IMG/VR virus record: IMGVR_UViG_3300044641_002513
Coordinates: 1 to 64,000 of that record
Origin: a virus
Direction: 5' to 3' (one strand)
Length of the DNA stretch: 64,000 bases
Part shown: in pieces, positions 8,909 to 17,862 of the stretch
Numbering within the stretch: position 1 is the first letter of the stretch
Layout of the letters: every line of letters starts with the position of its first letter
Notes under the pieces: generated by a model
Database searches by the model: none
Told to the model about the DNA's origin: nothing
What the model saw: the letters and a program-made list of their open reading frames with translations, nothing else
Translations under genes and position numbers: made by a program

Positions 8909-9906
8909 ATTTCTTTAATTAATTTTTTTAAAATTTCAACAGCTTCTTGCTGTCCTACTGCTTTTACTAAGTCACTAAAGTCTGTTACTTTAGGTAACTC
9001 AGGTACAAATATGTGTGGAACATCATACCTTTCTGTAAAACCCACAGATAACTTTTTACCTGCTTCATCATTGTCAAATAGACAAATTACTTTTTTAAAT
9101 CTTGATTTATATTCTTCCATTACAGAATCTTTCATCATTACACTTTCTGATTGTAAGCCTACTGAAGGTATTCCTACTGCATCGTGTAAAGCCATTACAT
9201 CTTTTAGGGATTTAGTAATAATTAATAAATCTCCTACTATAGGTAATTGAGTATAACCTTGATGCACAGTATAGTTAGCGTTATTAATCCACTTTCTATT
9301 CTTTGCTTCATAAGGTTGATAGATTTTATAAGTAGTACTACCGTCTTTGCTTTCTACATACACATAAGCGTAGTTATGAGCTTTTACAGCAGCATTGTTA
9401 TAAAACACATAGCATATAGGATGCACATTAAACTTCTTTAGAGTACTTTTCTTTATGCCAAAACTAGACCAATATATCTTATCTCGCAATTCCCAAGGAC
9501 GTAGTTTTACTCCTAAGTCTACTTTTTCTTTTTGTACTATCTTAGTATAATTTCCTACAGCTCTGTTAGCTTGTACATTCATATTAGTAATGTTCATATC
9601 ATAAGCTATTTTCCACAATGCTTCATAATAGCTTAGGTTAAACATCTTCATTACCATCACTACAAAATCACCACTATCACCTGTTGCAAAGTCTTTAAAC
9701 ATTAGTACACCTCTCTCTACTCTGTGAAAGTATAAAGCAAAAGAAGGAATATTATCTTCTCTTAACGGACTATGAAAAACTCCTAAAGAATCTACTTTCT
9801 CTCCTAAATAATGGCTATAAATCTGTTCTTGAGATGTGTACATTAGTAAATCATCTCTACTAATCAATTCATTAAACATTATAGAGTTTAAATCTAATTT
9901 TTCCAT
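8905..9906 (-). CDS. DNA primase (crAss-type, TOPRIM)
   Basis: SPLRED..PSF, FKDFATG, ITKSLKDVM, FDNDEAG, KVTDFSD. Confidence 0.88.
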   Translation of the reverse strand: MEKLDLNSIMFNELISRDDLLMYTSQEQIYSHYLGEKVDSLGVFHSPLREDNIPSFALYFHRVERGVLMFKDFATGDSGDFVVMVMKMFNLSYYEALWKIAYDMNITNMNVQANRAVGNYTKIVQKEKVDLGVKLRPWELRDKIYWSSFGIKKSTLKKFNVHPICYVFYNNAAVKAHNYAYVYVESKDGSTTYKIYQPYEAKNRKWINNANYTVHQGYTQLPIVGDLLIITKSLKDVMALHDAVGIPSVGLQSESVMMKDSVMEEYKSRFKKVICLFDNDEAGKKLSVGFTERYDVPHIFVPELPKVTDFSDLVKAVGQQEAVEILKKLIKEI

Positions 9907-9967
9907 AATCTAAAGATTAAAATTATTTACCTCTAATAACTATACTATTGAAATACAGCTTAAAAAT

Positions 9968-10001
9968 AAAAAACCGCAAAGTTAATACTCTGCGGCTTTT
10001 T
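9968..10001 (-). terminator. Probable intrinsic terminator
   Basis: CCGCA...TGCGG stem flanked by A and T runs, downstream of 10015..10626. Confidence 0.6.
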
Positions 10002-10014
10002 ATTAGTTATTTTC

Positions 10015-10626
10015 TTACCACTCGTCTCCTTCAAGGATAGAGTTAGCTTTTGCTAGTGCTGTTGGTTCAGCTTTTACGTCGTCTTTTACTGGACGTACAA
10101 TAGCATCTACTTTTGGAGATAATTTCAATACTGTTTCTTCAACTGGTACTTCCATATTCTCGATAAAAGGAACCCAAGAACGTGGTTGAATATACTCTTT
10201 AGTACTAGTTAAAGTACCGTAAGTAGCAAATACTCTGTAAGTAGTAGCTGGATTTGCTGTAATACCATCACGAATTACTTTCATTGATTGATCTAACAAC
10301 TGCTCTGGAGTAGTAGCATTTACAGGAATCTGAAATCCTTTACCATAGATAGCGTGGATAACATGTTTCATTGCTGTACCTTGTTTCTTTACTAACTCTT
10401 CAACAGTAGCATAATTAGTAGCTTGTTTTACATACCAATAAGAGCTAGAAACTTCTGCTCCACCTGCATCTTTAAAAGTTAATTTGTAATCAGGAGCATT
10501 TTCCTTGTCTTCTGGTTTTTTCTTAGAGATACTAATAGTTACATTTTCTACTAAACCTGCTTCTCCGTTGTTAAAGATTGCACTCACTTCTTTTGCGTCA
10601 AACGCATTGTCATTTAAATTATACAT
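10015..10626 (-). CDS. Putative single-stranded DNA-binding protein
   Basis: Sits between primase and the Sak4-like ATPase; beta-rich core with an acidic tail ending in W. Confidence 0.5.
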   Translation of the reverse strand: MYNLNDNAFDAKEVSAIFNNGEAGLVENVTISISKKKPEDKENAPDYKLTFKDAGGAEVSSSYWYVKQATNYATVEELVKKQGTAMKHVIHAIYGKGFQIPVNATTPEQLLDQSMKVIRDGITANPATTYRVFATYGTLTSTKEYIQPRSWVPFIENMEVPVEETVLKLSPKVDAIVRPVKDDVKAEPTALAKANSILEGDEW

Positions 10627-10669
10627 ACTTATTTATTTATTTGATTTTTTTAATTATTAATTGTTTTAA

Positions 10670-10701
10670 TTCACAGAGTACCATCAATGATACTCTGTGA
10701 A
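10670..10701. other. Intergenic 11-bp hairpin
   Basis: TTCACAGAGTA...TACTCTGTGAA with no U-tract. Confidence 0.55.
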
Positions 10702-10709
10702 AGTTAATT

Positions 10710-11303
10710 TTACCACTCTTCTTCTACGTCTGTTTCAGAAATTTCTTCTTCTTCAACTTCTGAATCTTCGTAAAAATCTGTAGGTAATACTTCTTCTTCT
10801 TCTACAACTTCTTCATCACTCACTTCTCCTAAGTCTGTAGTATGAAATTCAATAACAGGTTTGTCTTCATACATAGCTTGATTAGATTCTACGTTATCAG
10901 TAACGATATTATTAGAATCAGTATCTAATACTCGTAAAGAAAGAGTAAAATAGTTATTAGTAGCTATTAAGTCAAAGTTGTTTTCTGTCTCAATGTTTAA
11001 ACCAAAATGTTTAGCAATAAACTCAAACCATTCTTTGTTACTTACAGTACAAGTTTTAGTCAATTGTAAGCTTTTATCTGTTGTTGATTTACGTACAGCA
11101 ATTACATTGTTAACTTTATCAAAACCAAAAGAGATTCTATCTTCTCCTACGATTTCTAAGTCTGCTTGAGCTGCTTTGTTAAATACAAATTTACGACCAC
11201 CACCTACTTTTTCTACTGCTGCCATTGTTAATACAGCGGTTGAAAATTTCTCTTCTTTTCTTACTCTTTGTTTTGGGAGCTCTCCCCACATTAAATCTTC
11301 CAT
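10710..11303 (-). CDS. Hypothetical protein with highly acidic C-terminus
   Basis: 197-aa ORF, E/D-rich tail ending EEEW. Confidence 0.75.
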   Translation of the reverse strand: MEDLMWGELPKQRVRKEEKFSTAVLTMAAVEKVGGGRKFVFNKAAQADLEIVGEDRISFGFDKVNNVIAVRKSTTDKSLQLTKTCTVSNKEWFEFIAKHFGLNIETENNFDLIATNNYFTLSLRVLDTDSNNIVTDNVESNQAMYEDKPVIEFHTTDLGEVSDEEVVEEEEVLPTDFYEDSEVEEEEISETDVEEEW

Positions 11304-11336
11304 TTTTTGTTTTGTTTTTATTGATAATTAATTGTT

Positions 11337-12011
11337 TTAAATTCCGTAATACTCTCTAATAGCTTCGTTAACTACTACTAAATCATTTTCAACAGTATTA
11401 GTTTCAAACATTTCTAAAGGAGTCTTACAAGTATCTGAACCTGATGATACAGTTCTAAATACGTGTTTGTTTTCTTTACCAGGTATTTTAGTAATCTCTG
11501 CATATAGCACTATAGTACTAAAAGACTCTGGTACAAATTTTTCTAACATCTTACCTTGTACAGCAATACGCTCTGAACCAAATCCTAATTCATCGTGATG
11601 AGTTTCAGGATGAGCAAATAGATATACAATAACATCATCTCTCATACTATCATTAATAAAGTTAATTAGATCGTACTGAGCTGAAGCCATTTTAGACCAT
11701 TTGTCAAAACCTTTCTCTGCTCTAAAACCAGGATTCATAATAGCATCAGTCATTATACGTGACCAAGTATCTATTACAATAGTTTTAACGTTAGGCAGGT
11801 TGTTAGCTTTTTGCAATGTAGCAATAACTATACTTACGTCTGAAGTCTTACGATAGTTACGTTTTTCTTCATTGTATTTTAAGTTAAACTGTTTAAAAGG
11901 TAAAGCCTTTTGGTCTGTGTTAATAATAACTGTTTCTTCAGGATTTAGGTTCCTTAATGAGGTAGATTTACCCATACCTGATTTACCAACCAGGAATACT
12001 AATTGTGCCAT
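11337..12011 (-). CDS. AAA-family ATPase, Sak4-like ssDNA annealing protein
   Basis: GKSGMGKST Walker A, IVIDT Walker B, FAH, KTP. Confidence 0.82.
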   Translation of the reverse strand: MAQLVFLVGKSGMGKSTSLRNLNPEETVIINTDQKALPFKQFNLKYNEEKRNYRKTSDVSIVIATLQKANNLPNVKTIVIDTWSRIMTDAIMNPGFRAEKGFDKWSKMASAQYDLINFINDSMRDDVIVYLFAHPETHHDELGFGSERIAVQGKMLEKFVPESFSTIVLYAEITKIPGKENKHVFRTVSSGSDTCKTPLEMFETNTVENDLVVVNEAIREYYGI

Positions 12012-12149
12012 TTTTCTATAAATTATTGATTGTTATTAGTTATAAATATAGTGATAATTCTTCTAATTCTAAAGCATTTAGCTATTAAATTTGTTTAAAA
12101 CTTACGTCAATTTCCGTAGTGTTTAGCTTACTTTATTAGGATAATAAAA

Positions 12150-12440
12150 CTATATACTTTTAATTTCTTCTCTTACTTCTTCTTCTTTCTTCTTTCTTTT
12201 TTTGTAATCTTCTCCTTGTAAATGTGGATGCATCTCTTGTACTTTTCTGCTAGCTCTACCTATTGAATCTAAATAAGGTATTGTTCTACTTTCCATAGCT
12301 TTTAGAGCATCTTTAAAAGACACATTAACATCAAACCCTATAGCTAATAAATAGTGATAATACAAACGTTCATTACTATCTCTTAGCTCAGGATGATGAG
12401 TTAACTTATCTTTTACCCACTCAAGCTTCTCCTTTATCAT
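12150..12440 (-). CDS. Hypothetical protein
   Basis: PELRDS...SIGRASRKVQE.HP.L, a small phage protein pattern. Confidence 0.7.
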   Translation of the reverse strand: MIKEKLEWVKDKLTHHPELRDSNERLYYHYLLAIGFDVNVSFKDALKAMESRTIPYLDSIGRASRKVQEMHPHLQGEDYKKRKKKEEEVREEIKSI

Positions 12441-12882
12441 AATGCACTACTGTTATTAATAAATGTTCTTGCATCTCAAACAATTGTTTAATGATAGCCC
12501 AATCACCTGCACCTATTCCTGCACCTATTTGAGGCACTGCTAGCTCTATATAACTATCTGATTTAAGAGCTTCTATAGATAACTTTCTCAAACAAGCTTT
12601 CAAAGCACAGTATTCAAAATTACTACCTGGTTTTAACTGTGTGTAGAAATTTAATATAGCTCCATATTCAGTTTGTGCTACAGAGTAATCTCCTAATCTG
12701 TACAAAGGAGGTAAAGCAAATTCTTTATCTGCTTTTGGTACTTCAGGAAAATTATCAGCAAGTTGTAATGCTATACCAGCTCCCATTATATTTAAACAAT
12801 TAGCTCCGTGAGCTATTAAGGTAAACTCTCTATTTTTAAACATTTCTATCAAATCCCCTTTTACTTCTTTTACTATTGGCAT
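12421..12882 (-). CDS. Macrodomain protein (ADP-ribose binding or hydrolase)
   Basis: VKGDL, IAHGANC..MGAGIA, P.IGAGIGAGDW. Confidence 0.9.
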   Translation of the reverse strand: MPIVKEVKGDLIEMFKNREFTLIAHGANCLNIMGAGIALQLADNFPEVPKADKEFALPPLYRLGDYSVAQTEYGAILNFYTQLKPGSNFEYCALKACLRKLSIEALKSDSYIELAVPQIGAGIGAGDWAIIKQLFEMQEHLLITVVHYDKGEA

Positions 12883-12883
12883 A

Positions 12884-13165
12884 CTACTTATTATTTAATT
12901 GTTTTTTATAATACTCATCAATTTTTGCAAGTTCTTCAGGTTTTCCTCTTAACTCACTTATAGGAGGCAATTGATAATAACCACCGTACTCGCCTACAAA
13001 TAGAAAGCTTACTAACAAGTTTCTCTTACCATCACGATTTTTTAAGATTTTTAAAAGTCTATACCTGTCTTTAAACTTAGTTATATCGTAACCTAAACAA
13101 TTGTCTACACCAACATAAAAAGGACTTTCTATACCCATTACGGTATTAGCATCTTCTGCTAGATT
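12884..13165 (-). CDS. dnaB: DnaB-like replicative helicase, exon 2
   Basis: NLAEDAN..., ILKNRDG; joins exon 1 in frame as DIKDTG|NLAEDA (359 aa in total). Confidence 0.88.
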   Translation of the reverse strand, partial: NLAEDANTVMGIESPFYVGVDNCLGYDITKFKDRYRLLKILKNRDGKRNLLVSFLFVGEYGGYYQLPPISELRGKPEELAKIDEYYKKQLNNK

Positions 13166-13476
13166 CAGAGTTGTTATCCACAAAGTTTTTTATCTCTGTG
13201 TTCTATATATTTCTATATAGCTCGGCATACGTTTTCATCTTCACTAAAAAGTGTTAAGATGCTGAGGACTCGTGGGAGAATTATATTCTATTTCTAGTTT
13301 CATCTCCTATGCTCTGCCCCTGACTATTTTTTTACAAATAGCCTTCGGTTCAAGTTACCTTCATCTTGCAATGGTCAGGCTTTCTTGCTTTATTCCTCAG
13401 TGCAATTTAAGAATTTCTTCTTAAATGGGCTATTAATATTTGCGTTTTTGTCTTATAATACAAACATTTTTATTAA
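13166..13476 (-). mobile_element. Group I intron without ORF (311 nt) in dnaB
   Basis: 5' exon ends in U, intron ends in G; P3 CUGAGGA/UCCUCAG, P7 GCAUA/UAUGC, P8 CAUCUU/AAGAUG, P9 CUAUAUA-GAAA-UAUAUAG; splicing restores the helicase motif. Confidence 0.9.
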
Positions 13477-14274
13477 ACCTGTGTCCTTAATGTCCTGTAA
13501 CTCAGGCATCCAGCCTTCTTCCATTTGTCTATGCTTCTGATTCTTGTCACGATTAATCTGAGATACTACTACTGGACTGAAGTTACACGTATTTCTAAAG
13601 AATACTAAGTGTTTAGAAGCCATATCTATAGCTTCTTTCTTACTAGTAAAGTCTTTATAATTGATGTGGCCTATATGGTCAATAATAATTAAAGTTATTA
13701 AGCCTGGATTGTTAGGAGTATAACTAAGAATATTGCCTTCGTCATCTCTAAAAAAAGTACCTCGTTTTTCAGCATACACCACTAAATCTCTAAACAATGA
13801 TTTAGGACTAAGAGCTGTTTTAAATCTGATATACTTTTCTTGTATCTCATTCATTCTTTCCTCGTAACTCAGCAACAACTGTTTAACTATAGGCCTAATC
13901 TGCTTATTACCCTTTGATTTAATCTCGTTAGTATCACTAAGAATACCGTGTTCTTTCCATAGCAAACTTACAATGTGTTTAGCAATCTGGTCTTCTGGCG
14001 GTATTTCTAGTGAGTAATAGATTATTTCTAAATTGTGAATATAGTTAGGATTGTTTTGTAAGAAACTTATAGCACCGTAAACATAGGTAGAATCTAAGAA
14101 AGCAGATTTACCAATTGATGTAGGAGCAAATATAAGGTCGTACCTTCTTTGTTGAATGTTTTGAATATGGTCGCTTAAAGTAGTAAAGCCTTCAAAAGGA
14201 ATACCTGTATTTAAGCCTTTCTCGCCACGTTCAATTTCTTCTTTTAATCTATCCCAATATTTAACTTTTGCCAT
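13477..14274 (-). CDS. dnaB: DnaB-like replicative helicase, exon 1
   Basis: APTSIGKS Walker A, YSLE, IIIDH, VSQINR, PELQDIKDTG. Confidence 0.9.
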
Positions 14275-14300
14275 TGTTTTACTTTTTTTACTTATTAATA

Positions 14301-14507
14301 CTACATAGCAATATCAGAAATAATTGTGAAATATTCATCGTACCAATTGTTAAATCTTTCCTGTATTTCATCTTTGTATATTAAACAATCAGGGTCATCT
14401 TGTATGTACATTTCATCCTCATTGTTACATATATCTCCAGATTCATACAGAGTTCTGTTATGAGCTAACTCACTAGCTAACTCTACAATATTAACTAATA
14501 CGTCCAT
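14301..14507 (-). CDS. Hypothetical protein
   Basis: Small ORF coupled to its neighbours. Confidence 0.65.
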   Translation of the reverse strand: MDVLVNIVELASELAHNRTLYESGDICNNEDEMYIQDDPDCLIYKDEIQERFNNWYDEYFTIISDIAM

Positions 14508-14725
14508 TATTCTTTAGGTTTTAAATTTAAACTATTAGTAATTATGTCAATACTTTCAAAAATCTGTTGAATAACGTATTCATTATTAAATACTCTTTCT
14601 AATACTTTCATTGCTTCTTCTTCTGTACAATCATAATTCATTGTAACATCATCAGTATTCCAAAGATTATTTACATAATAACCTTTTGATTTTAATAATT
14701 CTTTTGCTTTGTCTATTTCTGTCAT
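14507..14725 (-). CDS. Hypothetical protein
   Basis: Small ORF coupled to its neighbours. Confidence 0.65.
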   Translation of the reverse strand: MTEIDKAKELLKSKGYYVNNLWNTDDVTMNYDCTEEEAMKVLERVFNNEYVIQQIFESIDIITNSLNLKPKE

Positions 14726-14726
14726 T

Positions 14727-14984
14727 TTAGTAGTCTTTAAATTCTGTTTCTAGCCATTGTCTGAATGCTCTCTGAATATTCACTTGTTGAGATTGAGCAT
14801 CTAATTCAGCATCTTTAATAATTACATCATCAACTTTACGTACTTCATCTATAAATGCGTTACCGTGTTTTTTACACATTCTATATAAATCTATATCTTC
14901 CATTAAATCTGCAATCACTGGCAACAATGCTACTATTGCTACCAGCTTTTGTTCGTGTGTCATATTACTTTTTTTAAATTGCAT
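14727..14984 (-). CDS. Hypothetical protein
   Basis: Small ORF coupled to its neighbours. Confidence 0.65.
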   Translation of the reverse strand: MQFKKSNMTHEQKLVAIVALLPVIADLMEDIDLYRMCKKHGNAFIDEVRKVDDVIIKDAELDAQSQQVNIQRAFRQWLETEFKDY

Positions 14985-15534
14985 CAGTATTCCAGTCTTG
15001 TTGCTCTGTTCCTGATTCTTGAATAAATACTTCCCATTGTTCCCACATACTATTATTCATTACTGTTTCCATATTAGGCAGAAATTCTAGTTTACCTGCC
15101 TGTTTTTGTTTAGCAACAAATGCTTCTAATGCTTTAACAGCTGTTTCGTGAGCTTCTTTAGTTCTTACCCTAGCCAAATACTTTTTCTCGTGTTTCTGAG
15201 CTACTTGAGCACTATCTCCAGAGGCTCTAAGAATCCTAGAACCTACTTTTATAGGATATTTAGCATAGAACTCCCAAAAGTTAATTTGGTCTGCTCTAAT
15301 ATTAAATAGTTTTTCTACGTGCCTGTTGCTCAGTATAGTATCTCTAAAAGTAGTTTGTTGACTAAGTATATAATTTGAATCTAATAAAGTATTTCTTATC
15401 TCTATAGCATCTTTTTTACTAAAAATAGCTGCTATGTCGTCAAAGTTTTTATAGTACATCAGATATAGTAAAACAAGTTGATTAGGAGTAAGATTGCTTC
15501 TTTTTAGTGTTCCTAAATCTATTTTTATTTCCAT
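14974..15534 (-). CDS. Putative replication-associated DNA-binding protein
   Basis: wHTH-like N-terminus and FWEFYAKYP.KV motif; lies between the two helicases. Confidence 0.5.
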   Translation of the reverse strand: MEIKIDLGTLKRSNLTPNQLVLLYLMYYKNFDDIAAIFSKKDAIEIRNTLLDSNYILSQQTTFRDTILSNRHVEKLFNIRADQINFWEFYAKYPIKVGSRILRASGDSAQVAQKHEKKYLARVRTKEAHETAVKALEAFVAKQKQAGKLEFLPNMETVMNNSMWEQWEVFIQESGTEQQDWNTDAI

Positions 15535-15536
15535 CT

Positions 15537-16643
15537 CTATACAATTAAATGTGTTTGATACTTTATTTTACTAGGAGTAAAGCCTTGTAGAGCTGATTTT
15601 AACCATACTTCATCTTGAGTATTTTGTAGATACACCACGTATATTGTAGCTTTTTTGCCTCCTTCCATATTCATAGCTCTCATTGCTTGCTGAATAGCCA
15701 TATTTTCATCACTTTTTAACTGATTAAATATTGCTATTTTTAAGTTAGGCAGGGTAACACCCATACTAACCATTGATACAACACTGAGTTTGTTTACAGA
15801 TTCTTGTTTAAAAGCGTCAATAGTAGTCTTGTCGGATTTACTATGGAAAGATGCTTCTCCTAACTTATCAGCAATTTCTTGCCTACCTGAAAAGATTATA
15901 CATCTATCTACACTATCTACGATTTGTTTAGTTACCTGATACTTTGTTTTAGAGTTATAAATAACTCCTAAACGTTTAGACATAGGAAATCTTAATTGAG
16001 ACCATTTCTGTTGACTTTTAGCAACATCGTATCTATGATTCCAATAATTGTAAGCTTCTACTTCTGTCTGGTAAAAAGGTTTTTCTTCATTACCAGCTGG
16101 TACATATTTATCTACACCATCTAACTGACAACCAATACACACAATTTCGTAATCTGAAATAATGTTATCTGTAATAGCTTGTTCTACGCTATAGCTATAC
16201 AACACCTCTAACTTTAGGCTGTTTTGTACCAAAAACTCTGTGTTAGGGTCTAAAGTACCTGTTAGAGCTAATATACGAGAACCTTTCTGCTGTTCTTTAG
16301 ATAATAAAGCAATTACTTTAAGATTATAGCTATGTATCTCATCACAAATTATTAGATGATAAGCTTTTGTATTCTTTTTTAAACTGTTAGACCACAAAAA
16401 CTCTACGTTGATATTATCTCTTAGATTCCATTTATCAAACTCTACTTTCCAACTCTCAAAGATTTCTTTTCTAGGAGCCATTATAAGCACGTTAATATCT
16501 TTAGTTATTGTATTTAAAGCATCTATAGTTATTTTAGATTTACCTACACGAGGTGCTACTTCTACTACGCCTACAAATCTATTTTGAACAATACTATCTG
16601 TAGCTTCCCTCTGTATTCGTTCTCGTATATTTACCTGTTCCAT
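15537..16643 (-). CDS. Superfamily 2 DExH helicase
   Basis: APRVGKS, CDEIH, LTGT, MGVTLP, QQAMRAM. Confidence 0.88.
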   Translation of the reverse strand: MEQVNIRERIQREATDSIVQNRFVGVVEVAPRVGKSKITIDALNTITKDINVLIMAPRKEIFESWKVEFDKWNLRDNINVEFLWSNSLKKNTKAYHLIICDEIHSYNLKVIALLSKEQQKGSRILALTGTLDPNTEFLVQNSLKLEVLYSYSVEQAITDNIISDYEIVCIGCQLDGVDKYVPAGNEEKPFYQTEVEAYNYWNHRYDVAKSQQKWSQLRFPMSKRLGVIYNSKTKYQVTKQIVDSVDRCIIFSGRQEIADKLGEASFHSKSDKTTIDAFKQESVNKLSVVSMVSMGVTLPNLKIAIFNQLKSDENMAIQQAMRAMNMEGGKKATIYVVYLQNTQDEVWLKSALQGFTPSKIKYQTHLIV

Positions 16644-16659
16644 ATTATTTGTTTTTTTA

Positions 16660-16905
16660 CTAATGTTCCCAATATTTAGTTATTTGAGGCTCAGCCCTAA
16701 GTTTTACTACTTTACAAAATACATCACCAGCCCTTTCCATACATTCTTGCAACTCTTTAGAGATTACAGCAGCTATTTCTTCACTACATTCTACAATCCA
16801 CTCGTCGTGTACTACATTAGGCATTAGCACTTTAAATACTAAGTTGTTAGCAACAAGATACCTAAAAAAGTAAATACCTGCTAGCTTAGTCACGTCGGCA
16901 CTTGT
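16660..16905 (-). CDS. polA: Family A DNA polymerase, exon 2
   Basis: TSADVTK, VHDE motif C; joins exon 1 as NYPVQG|TSAD (669 aa in total). Confidence 0.9.
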   Translation of the reverse strand, partial: TSADVTKLAGIYFFRYLVANNLVFKVLMPNVVHDEWIVECSEEIAAVISKELQECMERAGDVFCKVVKLRAEPQITKYWEH

Positions 16906-16982
16906 CATTTTGTTATCATAAGAGTTCTTTATCTCTTATTTCTATAGATTATTATTCTCTATAGTTCAGACTATATCTTAAT

Positions 16983-17663
16983 CTATTTATAATTTTTTAA
17001 TATCCAATCTGCAAATAATAATAATTCTTCAGATGTTGCTGAATTTTTCATACTATTAGCCTTTTTTGTTATAATTTGTACATTATTTTTTATGTATCCT
17101 AAATTGTTATTAATTCTATCTAAAGAGGGAGTGTGCTCATAATTACCTTTAGTTCCTACTATAAAAGGAATCTTAAGTATTGGACATAAGTCTGGAACAA
17201 CAATATCTTCTAAAGTTAAATTAAAATTTAAATTTTTTTTAAAAGCTCTACGCTTAGCATTAGATAACATAACATTTTTAAAATGTAATCTACTATTTAA
17301 TTTTTTTTGTTCATTAATTTTTTTTCTATATTCAGGGTCTAAAAGCATTTTTTCTTTTTTATTCTTATTAGACTGAATATGATAATTTTTTTGAACTCTA
17401 GTAGAATTTGAACATTCTTTACACCATGTATGAAGCCCTCCTATATGTCTAGGATTTTTAGCAAAATCTTTAAAATTTTTTACTTTTTGACAATGATTGC
17501 ATTTTTTTTCTAATAAAGTAATTTCATATCTTACACTTAGTCTTTTTTCTTTTTCGCACATTTTACAATGTCCTGTGCGACCATCTAAAGTTTGTGTGTG
17601 TTTAGGAAATTCTGCTAATTCTTTGGATAATTTACATTTTGTACAAATTTTCATAATGTGCAT
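16983..17663 (-). CDS. Intron-encoded HNH homing endonuclease with two N-terminal zinc-finger repeats
   Basis: CTKC..CKMC, CNHC..CKEC, CPIL, SLDRINNNLGY..NNVQII...AN.MK. Confidence 0.88.
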   Translation of the reverse strand: MHIMKICTKCKLSKELAEFPKHTQTLDGRTGHCKMCEKEKRLSVRYEITLLEKKCNHCQKVKNFKDFAKNPRHIGGLHTWCKECSNSTRVQKNYHIQSNKNKKEKMLLDPEYRKKINEQKKLNSRLHFKNVMLSNAKRRAFKKNLNFNLTLEDIVVPDLCPILKIPFIVGTKGNYEHTPSLDRINNNLGYIKNNVQIITKKANSMKNSATSEELLLFADWILKNYK

Positions 17664-17688
17664 TTTTAGTTATTTCTGCACAAATATA
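17657..17688 (-). promoter_or_regulatory. TAnnTTTG promoter overlapping a hairpin at the HNH start
   Basis: TATATTTG at 17688-17681; TGTGCA/TGCACA stem overlaps ATG 17663. Confidence 0.6.
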
Positions 17689-17862
17689 ATAAAAGTTATT
17701 GATATTAATAAATAGATTTCCCGCTTTCGTGGAAGAATTATTGTCCGTTCTGGACTCACTTCTAGTCGTTGCACCTTTCCTCAAAATTCCTAATGAGGCT
17801 TGGCTCAGTATTCCCATTTCAGGGTTCACTGAGTTAACGGAATTTAATCAGGGCAAAAGTTC

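Larger units (their letters stand above)
16906..17862 (-). mobile_element. Group I intron (957 nt) in polA carrying an HNH endonuclease
   Basis: P1 CAGGGU/GCCCUG with U-G at the splice site; P7 GACUA/UAGUC (GCAACGACUA, AAGAUAUAGUCU); terminal G at 16906. Confidence 0.93.

Noticed and set aside
12884-13183. Independent 99-aa gene (and likewise 16660..16908)
   Set aside because: These are second exons of dnaB and polA; their apparent starts lie in intron sequence
17632-17829. 65-aa ORF in the track
   Set aside because: It overlaps the catalytic core of the polA intron and is probably spurious
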